From Escherichia phage vB_EcoM_JB75, in the sequence record MH355584.1: a stretch of DNA of 64,000 nucleotides, one strand, 5' to 3'. The number at the start of each line of letters is the position of its first letter. Position 1 is the first letter of the stretch. Made by a program: the position numbers and the translations under genes. Shown here piece by piece: positions 47,410 through 58,374 of this stretch. The notes beneath the pieces were generated by a model that saw only the letters and a program-made list of their open reading frames with translations, did not search any database and was not told the DNA's origin.

Positions 47410-48248
47410 TTCAATTCGTAATTCCAAGTTATCAACGTGTCGGGGCAGTTTCTGCCCTTGATATGTTTCCGACTGATTATGAACCGCATATTATAGTGCG
47501 TGAACACGAAGAAAAAGCTTATTATGATGCCTATGGGTCTAGAGCTAAAATTATAACTATTCCTGATGATGTAAACGGAATTGCCGGTACTCGTAAAGCA
47601 ATTACTGATATGTATGCAGGTCAACGAATCTGGATGATTGACGATGATACTACTATTCGTATGAGTTCAATACGAAAGAGAGACGATAAACGGCGCGTAG
47701 ATAAAATTAATCAATTAACTCGTGAACAGTTCTATGAATTGATTCAATACGTTGAGGATGCCATGGATTGCGGGTATTATCATGGTCATGCTCGTCTACC
47801 AATTTTTAAAATTACTTCATCTTGGGGTAATTATCGTGAAAACTCATATGGATTCACGAATACATGGTATGACCTCGGAAAACTTACGACAGAACAAATT
47901 GGGTATGGAAAAATTGATTTGTGCGAAGATATGTATGCATTTCTCAATTTAATTAATCAAGGTTATCCGCATTTGGCCTTGTTCAAATATCTGGTTGTAT
48001 CTGGAAAAGCACAAGCTCCTGGCGGGTGCAGTTCAATTCGTAGTAATTCTAAACATAATAGAGCGCTTGAGCAAATCAATAGAGAGTTTCCAGAGCAAGC
48101 TCGTTGGAAAACTTCTAATATTGAAAAACGAAAATCGTTGGGTGAAGAAGATGAGCCATTAAAGGTTCTTCGCATGTGTGTTTCGCGTAAAGAAAAATCA
48201 GAAGCATTTCATAAGTTTAATGCTATTCATCCAATAGCAGTTGATTAA
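47406..48248 (+). CDS. GT-A fold glycosyltransferase in the beta-gt locus
   Basis: 280 aa; DXD-like WMIDDDT; differs in length and sequence from recalled T4 beta-gt (351 aa). Confidence 0.65.
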   Translation: MIQFVIPSYQRVGAVSALDMFPTDYEPHIIVREHEEKAYYDAYGSRAKIITIPDDVNGIAGTRKAITDMYAGQRIWMIDDDTTIRMSSIRKRDDKRRVDKINQLTREQFYELIQYVEDAMDCGYYHGHARLPIFKITSSWGNYRENSYGFTNTWYDLGKLTTEQIGYGKIDLCEDMYAFLNLINQGYPHLALFKYLVVSGKAQAPGGCSSIRSNSKHNRALEQINREFPEQARWKTSNIEKRKSLGEEDEPLKVLRMCVSRKEKSEAFHKFNAIHPIAVD

Positions 48249-48325
48249 TGCCTAAATTTATTGTGTTATAATTACTTTATCTTTAACCAGTGAGGAAAAT
48301 ATAATGATGCCTATGGAAAAAATGA

Positions 48326-49507
48326 ATGTCTATTGCAGATTTAAAATCCCGTTTGATTAAAGCTTCCACTTCTAAAATGACTGCTGAACTGACTACATCT
48401 AAATTCTTTAATGAAAAGGATGTAATCCGTACAAAAATCCCAATGCTTAATATTGCTATTTCTGGTGCGATTGATGGCGGTATGCAGTCTGGTTTAACTA
48501 TTTTCGCAGGGCCTTCTAAACACTTTAAATCAAATATGTCTTTGACTATGGTTGCGGCATATTTAAACAAATATCCTGACGCGGTTTGTCTATTCTATGA
48601 TAGTGAATTTGGTATTACTCCAGCTTATTTGCGATCCATGGGAGTTGACCCGGAACGAGTAATTCATACGCCAATTCAGTCAGTTGAACAGCTGAAAATT
48701 GATATGGTGAACCAGCTTGAAGCTATTGAGCGTGGTGAAAAGGTTATTGTATTCATCGACTCAATTGGTAATATGGCTTCTAAGAAAGAAACGGAAGATG
48801 CCTTGAATGAAAAATCTGTGGCAGATATGACTCGTGCTAAATCACTGAAGTCATTATTCCGTATTGTTACTCCTTATTTTAGCATTAAAAATATTCCATG
48901 TGTTGCGGTTAACCATACAATTGAAACCATTGAAATGTTTAGTAAAACCGTGATGACAGGTGGTACAGGCGTAATGTATTCGGCTGATACTGTATTCATT
49001 ATCGGTAAGCGTCAGATTAAAGATGGTTCTGATCTTCAGGGGTATCAATTTGTTCTAAATGTAGAAAAATCTCGTACCGTTAAAGAAAAAAGTAAATTCT
49101 TTATTGATGTTAAATTTGACGGTGGTATCGATCCTTATTCTGGATTGTTAGATATGGCTCTAGAATTAGGATTTGTAGTAAAACCTAAAAATGGTTGGTA
49201 TGCTCGTGAATTTCTTGACGAAGAAACTGGCGAGATGATTCGCGAAGAAAAATCTTGGCGTGCAAAAGATACCAACTGCACTACATTCTGGGGTCCTTTA
49301 TTTAAGCATCAACCATTCCGAGATGCTATTAAACGTGCTTATCAGTTAGGTGCTATTGATAGTAATGAAATTGTTGAAGCTGAAGTTGATGAATTGATTA
49401 ACTCAAAGGTTGAAAAATTTAAATCTCCAGAAAGTAAAAGTAAATCAGCTGCTGATTTAGAAACTGACCTCGAACAGTTAAGTGATATGGAAGAATTTAA
49501 TGAATAA
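48326..49507 (+). CDS. uvsX: Recombinase UvsX (RecA-like)
   Basis: 393 aa, near-identical to recalled T4 UvsX; Walker A GPSKHFKS. Confidence 0.97.
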   Translation: MSIADLKSRLIKASTSKMTAELTTSKFFNEKDVIRTKIPMLNIAISGAIDGGMQSGLTIFAGPSKHFKSNMSLTMVAAYLNKYPDAVCLFYDSEFGITPAYLRSMGVDPERVIHTPIQSVEQLKIDMVNQLEAIERGEKVIVFIDSIGNMASKKETEDALNEKSVADMTRAKSLKSLFRIVTPYFSIKNIPCVAVNHTIETIEMFSKTVMTGGTGVMYSADTVFIIGKRQIKDGSDLQGYQFVLNVEKSRTVKEKSKFFIDVKFDGGIDPYSGLLDMALELGFVVKPKNGWYAREFLDEETGEMIREEKSWRAKDTNCTTFWGPLFKHQPFRDAIKRAYQLGAIDSNEIVEAEVDELINSKVEKFKSPESKSKSAADLETDLEQLSDMEEFNE

Positions 49508-49844
49508 AGATGATTTAGATTTAGATCTAGAAATTATCGATGAATCCCCCTCTTCGGAGGGGGAAGAAGAAAGAAAAGAACGTCTTTTTAATGAGTCTCT
49601 TAAGATAATTAAATCCGCTATGGAAAATGTTATCCAGGAGATTGTCATTAAACTAGAAGATGGTTCTACACATATAGTGTATGTAACTAAACTGGATTGG
49701 GTTGATGGAAAGGTTGTAATGGACTTTGCTGTTCTTGACCAAGAAAGAAAAGCTGAGTTAGCTCCTCATGTAGAAAAATGTATTACAATGCAACTGCAAG
49801 ATGCATTCAATAAAAGGTCAAAGAAAAAGTTTAAATTCTTTTAA
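49500..49844 (+). CDS. 40: Head assembly protein gp40
   Basis: 114 aa between uvsX and 41 as T4 gene 40; start overlaps uvsX end. Confidence 0.7.
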   Translation: MNKDDLDLDLEIIDESPSSEGEEERKERLFNESLKIIKSAMENVIQEIVIKLEDGSTHIVYVTKLDWVDGKVVMDFAVLDQERKAELAPHVEKCITMQLQDAFNKRSKKKFKFF

Positions 49845-49853
49845 GGAGTAAGT

Positions 49854-51281
49854 GTGGTAGAAATTATTCTTTCTCATCTCATATTTGATCAAGCTTATTT
49901 TTCAAAAGTTTGGCCATATATGGATTCAGAATATTTTGAAAGTGGTCCAGCTAAAAATACATTCAAATTAATTAAATCTCATGTTAATGAGTATCATAGC
50001 GTTCCATCTATTAATGCGTTAAATGTTGCATTAGAAAATAGTTCATTTACTGAAACAGAATATTCTGGTGTAAAAACACTTATTTCAAAACTGGCTGATT
50101 CTCCGGAAGACCACAGTTGGTTAATAAAAGAAACAGAAAAATATGTTCAGCAAAGGGCGATGTTTAATGCTACGTCTAAAATAATCGAAATTCAAACTAA
50201 TGCTGAGCTTCCTCCGGAAAAACGAAATAAGAAAATGCCAGATGTAGGTGCTATTCCTGACATCATGCGCCAAGCATTATCAATTTCATTTGATAGTTAC
50301 GTTGGTCATGATTGGATGGATGACTACGAAGCACGTTGGCTATCTTATATGAATAAAGCTCGTAAGGTTCCATTTAGACTCAAAATTCTAAATAAAATTA
50401 CTAAAGGTGGAGCTGAAACTGGAACACTGAACGTTTTAATGGCTGGCGTTAACGTTGGTAAGTCATTAGGTCTGTGTTCATTGGCAGCAGATTATTTGCA
50501 GCTCGGACATAATGTTCTTTATATCTCCATGGAAATGGCAGAAGAAGTCTGTGCTAAGCGTATTGATGCTAATATGCTTGATGTTTCTCTTGATGACATT
50601 GATGATGGACATATTTCTTACGCTGAGTATAAAGGAAAAATGGAAAAATGGCGTGAGAAATCTACTCTCGGTCGTTTAATCGTTAAACAATATCCTACTG
50701 GTGGGGCAGATGCTAACACATTCAGGTCTCTCTTGAATGAATTGAAGCTCAAAAAGAATTTTGTTCCAACAATCATTATTGTCGACTATCTGGGTATTTG
50801 TAAATCTTGTCGCATCAGAGTTTATTCAGAAAATAGTTACACAACTGTTAAAGCTATTGCAGAGGAATTGCGTGCTCTTGCTGTTGAAACAGAAACTGTT
50901 CTTTGGACTGCAGCACAGGTTGGTAAACAAGCTTGGGACTCTTCCGATGTTAACATGAGCGATATTGCAGAATCTGCCGGTCTTCCAGCAACAGCTGATT
51001 TTATGCTTGCGGTCATTGAAACCGAGGAGCTAGCAGCTGCTGAACAACAACTCATTAAGCAAATCAAATCACGATATGGTGATAAGAATAAGTGGAATAA
51101 GTTTTTGATGGGTGTTCAAAAAGGAAACCAAAAATGGGTAGAAATTGAACAAGATTCTACTCCAACTGAAGTGAACGAAGTAGCAGGTTCACAGCAAATT
51201 CAGGCTGAACAGAATCGCTATCAAAGAAACGAATCCGCTCGAGCTCAGTTAGATGCTTTGGCAAATGAATTAAAATTTTAG
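49854..51281 (+). CDS. 41: Replicative helicase gp41 (DnaB-like)
   Basis: 475 aa; GTG start 6 nt after AAGGAG; Walker A GVNVGKS; near-identical to recalled T4 gp41. Confidence 0.97.
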   Translation: MVEIILSHLIFDQAYFSKVWPYMDSEYFESGPAKNTFKLIKSHVNEYHSVPSINALNVALENSSFTETEYSGVKTLISKLADSPEDHSWLIKETEKYVQQRAMFNATSKIIEIQTNAELPPEKRNKKMPDVGAIPDIMRQALSISFDSYVGHDWMDDYEARWLSYMNKARKVPFRLKILNKITKGGAETGTLNVLMAGVNVGKSLGLCSLAADYLQLGHNVLYISMEMAEEVCAKRIDANMLDVSLDDIDDGHISYAEYKGKMEKWREKSTLGRLIVKQYPTGGADANTFRSLLNELKLKKNFVPTIIIVDYLGICKSCRIRVYSENSYTTVKAIAEELRALAVETETVLWTAAQVGKQAWDSSDVNMSDIAESAGLPATADFMLAVIETEELAAAEQQLIKQIKSRYGDKNKWNKFLMGVQKGNQKWVEIEQDSTPTEVNEVAGSQQIQAEQNRYQRNESARAQLDALANELKF

Positions 51282-51311
51282 TTTACAAGCTGACAAGACT
51301 ATGGTATAGTA
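51282..51311 (+). promoter_or_regulatory. T4-type early promoter
   Basis: -35 GTTTAC, 18-bp spacer, -10 TATAGT; perfect 8-bp inverted repeat ACAAGACT/AGTCTTGT flanks it. Confidence 0.65.
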
Positions 51312-51339
51312 GTCTTGTTGGTTAAATGAGGAGATTGTT

Positions 51340-51522
51340 ATGGAATTGGTAAAGGTAGTTTTTATGGGGTGGTTTAAGAACGAAAGCATGTTTACTAAAG
51401 AGATCACAATGATGAAAGATGACGTTCAATGGGCTACTACTCAATATGCTGAAGTTAATAAAGCACTAGTTAAAGCTTTCATTGATGACAAGAAGGTATG
51501 TGAAGTGGATTGCCGAGGATAA
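51340..51522 (+). CDS. dmd: Dmd-like protein
   Basis: 60 aa, first ORF after gene 41; size and position match T4 dmd (61.5); sequence not verified. Confidence 0.55.
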   Translation: MELVKVVFMGWFKNESMFTKEITMMKDDVQWATTQYAEVNKALVKAFIDDKKVCEVDCRG

Positions 51523-51523
51523 T

Positions 51524-51781
51524 ATGCATATCGTTTTATTTAAACCTACTCCGTATAATGTCAGGAAAAATACTCAATTCAAAGCACTTATTGCAGATAC
51601 GTGGGAATTAGTATTAGATATTCCGGCAGAAGAAAGCCCTCCATTTGGTCGAGTGGAATTTATTAAGTTTGCTGTGCGCCCTACAAAGCGACAGATTCGT
51701 CAATGCAAAAGATACTTTCGTAAAATCGCCAAGTTAGAGAAACAGTTTGTAACATGTGATTATGCAGAAGTTTTAAAATAA
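51524..51781 (+). CDS. Hypothetical basic protein (85 aa; T4 61.4 position)
   Basis: ATG after RBS GAGGA, 2 nt after upstream stop. Confidence 0.5.
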   Translation: MHIVLFKPTPYNVRKNTQFKALIADTWELVLDIPAEESPPFGRVEFIKFAVRPTKRQIRQCKRYFRKIAKLEKQFVTCDYAEVLK

Positions 51782-51783
51782 CT

Positions 51784-51813
51784 GTTTACTTTTATTGGAA
51801 ATTGAGATACTAT
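51784..51813 (+). promoter_or_regulatory. T4-type early promoter
   Basis: -35 GTTTAC, 18-bp spacer, -10 TACTAT. Confidence 0.65.
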
Positions 51814-51841
51814 ATAAACATAAACTACTGAGGAGATTATC

Positions 51842-52135
51842 ATGAAAAAATTTATCTTTGCTGCAATTTTTGCTTTATCTTCTTGCGCTGCTCAGCCTGC
51901 TATGGCGGGTTATGACAAAGATTTGTGCGAATGGTCTATGACTGCAGATCAGACTGAAGTTGAAATTCAAATTGAAGCGGATATTATGAATATCGTTGAA
52001 CGTGATCGTCCTGAAATGAAAGCTGAAGTGCAAAAACAACTTAAATCTGGTGGTGTAATGCAGTATAATTATGTTCTGTATTGCGATAAAAACTTTAATA
52101 ATAAAAATATCATCGCTGAAGTGGTAGGTGAGTAA
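51842..52135 (+). CDS. sp: Spackle-like periplasmic protein
   Basis: 97 aa with signal peptide MKKFIFAAIFALSSCAA; size and position match T4 sp (61.3). Confidence 0.6.
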   Translation: MKKFIFAAIFALSSCAAQPAMAGYDKDLCEWSMTADQTEVEIQIEADIMNIVERDRPEMKAEVQKQLKSGGVMQYNYVLYCDKNFNNKNIIAEVVGE

Positions 52136-52147
52136 TTAGAGGTTAGT

Positions 52148-52504
52148 ATGTATAGTTCTGAATTTTCATATTTAAAAATGGAAAAAATTTCATACGATTT
52201 TATAGATGAAAAGGTTTATTACAGTTTCCATGAACCACGTTTTAATAGTGAGGTTGGGTTTATTGTAGTAAAAGACAATTTTATTTTAAAAATATATTCA
52301 GCATTAAAGGATTTTCATTACGAAAATATTAACCTAAAATTTAATAAAGAAAACGTTCGTAATTGCGCAGTAACAATTACAGGAAATAAAGGTACATGTG
52401 TTATGCTATCTGATGAAATTAATGATTTGCTAAATGATGCAGAAAATATTACTGCGCCATCTATTGATGACCAAATTTTTAATGCTTTTATGAATAGAGG
52501 TTAA
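52148..52504 (+). CDS. Hypothetical protein (118 aa; T4 61.2 position)
   Basis: ATG after RBS AGAGG. Confidence 0.55.
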   Translation: MYSSEFSYLKMEKISYDFIDEKVYYSFHEPRFNSEVGFIVVKDNFILKIYSALKDFHYENINLKFNKENVRNCAVTITGNKGTCVMLSDEINDLLNDAENITAPSIDDQIFNAFMNRG

Positions 52505-52505
52505 T

Positions 52506-52670
52506 ATGAAAACATATAAAGAATTTATTAAAGAAGATATGGTCGCTGGAGATTCAGGTGGTAATCCTGAAAATATCTCTACTGGAACAACGTCAGGTGC
52601 TGTAGTAAATAAAGGTCCTGAACAGATTCCTAAAAAGAAAAAAGAGGAATCTAAAGAAAAAGAAGAGTAA
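52506..52670 (+). CDS. Small protein with capsid-targeting-like N-terminus (54 aa; T4 61.1 position)
   Basis: N-terminus MKTYKEFIKE resembles the Ip targeting sequence; rest is Gly/Ser/Lys-rich low complexity; RBS AGAGG. Confidence 0.5.
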   Translation: MKTYKEFIKEDMVAGDSGGNPENISTGTTSGAVVNKGPEQIPKKKKEESKEKEE

Positions 52671-52672
52671 AA

Positions 52673-53701
52673 ATGTCATCAATACCTTGGATTGATAATG
52701 AGTTTGCGTATCGTGCATTAGCTCATTTACCTAAATTCACACAAGTAAATAATAGTTCAACTTTTAAATTGCGGTTTAGATGCCCTGTTTGTGGAGATTC
52801 AAAAACCGACCAGAATAAAGCTCGTGGATGGTATTATGGTGATAATAATGAAGGAAATATTCATTGTTATAACTGTAACTATCATGCACCAATCGGAATA
52901 TATCTAAAGGAGTTTGAACCTGATTTATATCGTGAGTATATCTTTGAAATAAGAAAAGAAAAAGGTAAAAGTCGTCCAGTAGAAAAACCTAAAGAACTTC
53001 CTAAACAACCTGAGAAGAAAATAATTAAATCTCTTCCGTCATGCGTTAGATTAGATAAACTGGCGGAAGACCATCCAATTATAAAATACGTAAAAGCTCG
53101 TTGTATTCCAAAGGATAAATGGAAATATCTTTGGTTTACAACTGAATGGCCTAAATTAGTTAATAGCATAGCACCGGGAACATACAAAAAGGAAATTTCT
53201 GAGCCTCGTCTTGTTATTCCAATTTATAATGCTAATGGAAAAGCTGAGTCTTTTCAAGGACGTGCATTAAAGAAAGATGCTCCTCAAAAATATATCACCA
53301 TTAAAGCTTATCCTGAGGCAACAAAAATCTATGGAGTCGAACGAGTTAAAGATGGTGATGTATATGTTCTAGAAGGACCTATAGATTCGCTTTTTATTGA
53401 AAATGGTATAGCTATTACGGGTGGTCAATTAGACCTAGAAGTTGTTCCATTTAAAGATAGACGCGTGTGGGTTTTAGATAATGAACCTCGTCATCCTGAC
53501 ACTATTAAGCGAATGACTAAATTAGTTGATGCAGGAGAAAGGGTTATGTTTTGGGATAAATCTCCCTGGAAATCAAAAGATGTTAATGATATGATTAGAA
53601 AGGAAGGTGCAACCCCTGAACAAATTATGGAATATATGAAAAATAATATTGCCCAGGGGTTAATGGCTAAAATGCGGTTATCTAAATATGCCAAGATTTA
53701 A
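52673..53701 (+). CDS. 61: DNA primase gp61
   Basis: 342 aa; N-terminal zinc ribbon CPVCGDS...CYNC; near-identical to recalled T4 gp61. Confidence 0.97.
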   Translation: MSSIPWIDNEFAYRALAHLPKFTQVNNSSTFKLRFRCPVCGDSKTDQNKARGWYYGDNNEGNIHCYNCNYHAPIGIYLKEFEPDLYREYIFEIRKEKGKSRPVEKPKELPKQPEKKIIKSLPSCVRLDKLAEDHPIIKYVKARCIPKDKWKYLWFTTEWPKLVNSIAPGTYKKEISEPRLVIPIYNANGKAESFQGRALKKDAPQKYITIKAYPEATKIYGVERVKDGDVYVLEGPIDSLFIENGIAITGGQLDLEVVPFKDRRVWVLDNEPRHPDTIKRMTKLVDAGERVMFWDKSPWKSKDVNDMIRKEGATPEQIMEYMKNNIAQGLMAKMRLSKYAKI

Positions 53702-53898
53702 ATTAACCCAACTAAAGCAAATGCTAGATCTACGAATGTATCAAGAGTAACTACTGGAATATTAACACCATGCGCAATTGCAATTGGTGATAAAATAAAG
53801 TTCCAGAGTAAAATTCCTACCATAGCAGAAATAGTAAAAGCTATACGTTTTTTATTACCTTTTATGGCATTAACAAGTGCCATTAATTTTTGTGCCAT
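53698..53898 (-). CDS. Small membrane protein on the minus strand (66 aa)
   Basis: Strong SD AAGGAGGA 3 nt before ATG; two hydrophobic helices; convergent with gene 61, stop codons overlap; no + strand ORF covers this interval. Confidence 0.55.
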   Translation of the reverse strand: MAQKLMALVNAIKGNKKRIAFTISAMVGILLWNFILSPIAIAHGVNIPVVTLDTFVDLAFALVGLI

Positions 53899-53942
53899 AT
53901 GTCCTCCTTTAAATTAATATTTATCACAAATTTCATAAATTT

Positions 53943-53972
53943 GTTTACTTTCTCAGCTTGTTATGGTATTAT
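53943..53972 (+). promoter_or_regulatory. T4-type early promoter
   Basis: -35 GTTTAC, 18-bp spacer, -10 TATTAT; drives ORF 53998. Confidence 0.65.
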
Positions 53973-53997
53973 AAAATAAATTGCTGAGGATGATATA

Positions 53998-55337
<1,340 letters not shown>

Positions 55338-55397
55338 TTGCTTACATACTCAAATGATATAATTATTTAACTTATTGATGAATTGAAAGGAAAAATA

Positions 55398-55916
55398 ATG
55401 GCTTACTTTAACGAATGTAGTCAACTGATCGAAGGCGCTGATAAAGCTCAAAATGAATATTGGGATATTCTCGGTGATGAAAAAGACCCGCTGCAGGTAA
55501 TGCTTGACATGCAGAAATCTCTGCAGATTCGTTTAGCTAAAGATAAACCTGAATATAACCGTCATCCTGATGATTTGGCTACTGCAGGTGAAGTTGTTGA
55601 TTGGCTGCGTAATCAGAAAGATTATATTGATGATGAATTCCGCGAACTTCTGACTTCTCTTGGTGGTATGAGCAATGGTGAAAAAGATGCATCTGCTGTA
55701 TGGAAGCCTTGGAAAGCTCAACATGGTGAACGACGTGAAACTCTGATTACTGATTTGTCTCCACAAGACCAGTTGGAAATTAAATTCGAAATGATTGATA
55801 TTCTTCATTTCGTTCTGAACATGTTCCAAGGCCTCGGTCTTACGGCTGAAGAAATCTTTAAACTTTATTATCTGAAAAATGCTGAAAATTTCGCTCGTCA
55901 AGACCGAGGTTATTAA
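55398..55916 (+). CDS. 56: dCTP pyrophosphatase gp56
   Basis: Starts MAYFNECSQLIEG; position between dam and soc. Confidence 0.9.
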   Translation: MAYFNECSQLIEGADKAQNEYWDILGDEKDPLQVMLDMQKSLQIRLAKDKPEYNRHPDDLATAGEVVDWLRNQKDYIDDEFRELLTSLGGMSNGEKDASAVWKPWKAQHGERRETLITDLSPQDQLEIKFEMIDILHFVLNMFQGLGLTAEEIFKLYYLKNAENFARQDRGY

Positions 55917-55946
55917 CAGCTCGTCTTAAAAGCCGCGAGAATTTAT

Positions 55947-55954
55947 TATAAATA
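55947..55954 (+). promoter_or_regulatory. T4-type late promoter TATAAATA (soc)
   Basis: Exact TATAAATA 31 nt upstream of the soc start. Confidence 0.6.
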
Positions 55955-55984
55955 ATCATGTAATTTAAATAAAAGGAGAATTAC

Positions 55985-56230
55985 ATGGCTAGTACTCGCG
56001 GTTATGTTAATATCAAAACATTTGAGCAGAAATTAGATGGAAATAAGAAAATTGAAGGAAAGGAAATTTCAGTAGCTTTCCCTCTTTATTCTGACGTTCA
56101 CAAAATTTCTGGTGCTCATTACCAGACGTTCCCTTCAGAAAAAGCAGCATATACTACTGTATATGAAGAAAATCAGCGTACTGAATGGATTGCTGCAAAC
56201 GAAGATTTGTGGAAAGTAACTGGTGGTTAA
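55985..56230 (+). CDS. soc: Small outer capsid protein Soc
   Basis: 81 aa beginning MASTRGYVNIKTFEQKLDG, matches recalled T4 Soc. Confidence 0.9.
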   Translation: MASTRGYVNIKTFEQKLDGNKKIEGKEISVAFPLYSDVHKISGAHYQTFPSEKAAYTTVYEENQRTEWIAANEDLWKVTGG

Positions 56231-56238
56231 TAATTCAA

Positions 56239-56262
56239 GGACTCCTTCGGGAGTCCTTTTTT
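56239..56262 (+). terminator. Rho-independent terminator (UUCG tetraloop)
   Basis: GGACTCC-TTCG-GGAGTCC plus T6. Confidence 0.75.
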
Positions 56263-56272
56263 CATTTAAATG

Positions 56273-56302
56273 GTTTACTTTCCAAAATGAGTATGGTATA
56301 AT
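56273..56302 (+). promoter_or_regulatory. T4-type early promoter
   Basis: -35 GTTTAC, 18-bp spacer, -10 TATAAT. Confidence 0.7.
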
Positions 56303-56328
56303 AGAATTATCTTATAGAGGAGAGCGCT

Positions 56329-56535
56329 ATGTTAAATCGTTGGATTAAACCGAATGAAGATTTAGATATTATCATTTCACGACACGTAATGAAGAAATAT
56401 GAACTACAACCATGGTCTACAGAAGTTGTTGTGCATTCATTTATGATGTACGCAGATGGTTCTGTCGAATTTAATGCAGAAATTCGATATGATTATGGTG
56501 AGAAGCAAGTCGAATTCAAGAAAGGCTTTTTGTAA
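56329..56535 (+). CDS. Hypothetical protein (68 aa)
   Basis: ATG after RBS AGAGGAGAG. Confidence 0.5.
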   Translation: MLNRWIKPNEDLDIIISRHVMKKYELQPWSTEVVVHSFMMYADGSVEFNAEIRYDYGEKQVEFKKGFL

Positions 56536-56876
56536 TGTTTATCTTTAATTGGTTTAAAAGTTTCTTTACAGATTTTTTCTCTACAACTCCCGGAGAAGGT
56601 GTAGTTCCTATTTCAAATGACTACCTTCCTTTAACTGTAGTTGAGTATGTTTATATGGGAGATGGAACAGTAGAAGCAGTTACTATGACTTATGAAGAAG
56701 CCCAAGAATATTATAAAAATCCTTGGCGCTGGTCAACACCTACTACATCATCTAATGCACAGAAAACACAGTCTAGTTCTGATTCATATGATACAAATGT
56801 TCCTGTTCACGTATGGGCAGGTGATTCATGTGGAAGTTCTTGTGATTCTAGTTGTTCATCTACATCTTGTGATTGA
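56535..56876 (+). CDS. Hypothetical protein with Cys/Ser-rich C-terminus
   Basis: 113 aa; N-terminal hydrophobic segment; tail [18 protein letters not shown]. Confidence 0.5.
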   Translation: MFIFNWFKSFFTDFFSTTPGEGVVPISNDYLPLTVVEYVYMGDGTVEAVTMTYEEAQEYYKNPWRWSTPTTSSNAQKTQSSSDSYDTNVPVHVWAGDSCGSSCDSSCSSTSCD

Positions 56877-56884
56877 GGAAAATT

Positions 56885-57370
56885 ATGGAAGCAATTTTGT
56901 TTGAAATGTTTATCAATAGTATTAGTATGGCGTTTGTCAAGGATGTTCCAATTACCGTAGCAGTAATGATTGATAAAAGATATGACAATAACATGTATCT
57001 AGTAGAAGATTTTATTTCAATGCCAATTCCAGAAGATGTTGAAATAAAACTTAAAAAGATCGGAATTATTGAAACTGTACAAAATTCTCCATTTATGGCA
57101 ATTCAAGCATTTACTAAATCTAACTATATTGATGTTAGTGAAGCATATTATAATAATAAACCGTTATCCTTCTATTCATATGATTCAATATATGATTGGA
57201 AAATAGATAAAGGAAATAAATTTATAATTACGGACGAAAGTGCGCTATCATATTTTATTACCTCTTTATGGAATAAGTTAAATCCAAATTTACTAAAAAT
57301 TCATAAATTTGACGATGCTCCTACTATTGTTTTAGGTAAAATAAATGAAAGCTCCCAAGAAGATTCTTGA
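56885..57370 (+). CDS. Hypothetical protein (161 aa)
   Basis: ATG after RBS GAGGAAAA. Confidence 0.5.
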   Translation: MEAILFEMFINSISMAFVKDVPITVAVMIDKRYDNNMYLVEDFISMPIPEDVEIKLKKIGIIETVQNSPFMAIQAFTKSNYIDVSEAYYNNKPLSFYSYDSIYDWKIDKGNKFIITDESALSYFITSLWNKLNPNLLKIHKFDDAPTIVLGKINESSQEDS

Positions 57371-57548
57371 ATGGTTCAATAGACCAAACTCAATGTATAT
57401 TGATGATGGCTGGGTTGAACAAGCAAATAAAGAAATGCAGAACGAATCGGAAGAATGGATGAAATCAATGATTAGTGCTGAGAAAGAAAAGAAATTAGAA
57501 CGCTCAGCGCTTAAATTGATGAGAGACATCTATGGGGATAAATCGTGA
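57345..57548 (+). CDS. Hypothetical protein (67 aa)
   Basis: Overlaps upstream ORF end; weak RBS. Confidence 0.4.
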   Translation: MKAPKKILEWFNRPNSMYIDDGWVEQANKEMQNESEEWMKSMISAEKEKKLERSALKLMRDIYGDKS

Positions 57549-57556
57549 ACAAAGAT

Positions 57557-57709
57557 ATGACGCTGGAAGAGGCTAAAGCTAAAGCAAATGAAGCACTGGA
57601 TTTGCTTCTTAAAATTGGCAGTAAAATGATGGAAGAAAATGAGAAATATATCCAGGAAAACAAAATTCCCGATGGTCCATTAGTAGGCAAAAGGAAATCA
57701 CATGATTGA
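57557..57709 (+). CDS. Hypothetical small protein (50 aa)
   Basis: Fills gap; alternative GTG start at 57545; not in ORF track. Confidence 0.3.
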   Translation: MTLEEAKAKANEALDLLLKIGSKMMEENEKYIQENKIPDGPLVGKRKSHD

Positions 57710-58172
57710 AGTAGCAAAACATTATTCAGTAGAATTCATGTCTAAAGAAGGTAAATCAGTAAATACTCTTGGTAAAAAATGCTCATTAATTATTCCTTTA
57801 GCAGAAAATCCGGATTTTTTAATTAAAGATATAAAAGAAAGAAAATATCCAGAAAATGTTATTCTAATTATAAAGCATACTGAAGATATTTTGCAGAATA
57901 CTGATTCACCGTTTTCTTCTTCTGAAGCTTTAACTATTAAAGGCTATAAAAGAGCTCATGAATATGGTCTTTTTGACCTGTTTGAAGATGATAAAGTTAA
58001 ATTAGCGAGTCAACCTTCGAAAAGTAAAACATTCATTATTGAAGATATTAAAGATATAAATGCATTTGTTAAGATGGTCTGGGCTCATTTTGACGTTGGA
58101 CTACGCTGGAGAATGTCCGAAGAAGAAAGAAAGATTATTGAAGCTAATCGTCAATTTGGTTTTTATCGCTAG
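57702..58172 (+). CDS. Hypothetical protein (156 aa)
   Basis: ATG overlaps upstream stop. Confidence 0.55.
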   Translation: MIEVAKHYSVEFMSKEGKSVNTLGKKCSLIIPLAENPDFLIKDIKERKYPENVILIIKHTEDILQNTDSPFSSSEALTIKGYKRAHEYGLFDLFEDDKVKLASQPSKSKTFIIEDIKDINAFVKMVWAHFDVGLRWRMSEEERKIIEANRQFGFYR

Positions 58173-58180
58173 GAATTAAT

Positions 58181-58363
58181 ATGGATTTATTTGAGATGTT
58201 AGAAGATAATCATTCTACGAATAACCAGAATGATTCTAGTGATTATAAGAAAGAGTACCGTATAGTATTACAGAATTATGGAATTGAAGCCCCAGATGCT
58301 CTTCTAGAAGAACTAGCTTCATACCATCTTGACCCTCCGCCTTGGGCTCCCTGGGCAAAATAA
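58181..58363 (+). CDS. Hypothetical acidic protein (60 aa)
   Basis: ORF from track. Confidence 0.45.
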   Translation: MDLFEMLEDNHSTNNQNDSSDYKKEYRIVLQNYGIEAPDALLEELASYHLDPPPWAPWAK

Positions 58364-58374
58364 TTCAAAAAGTT

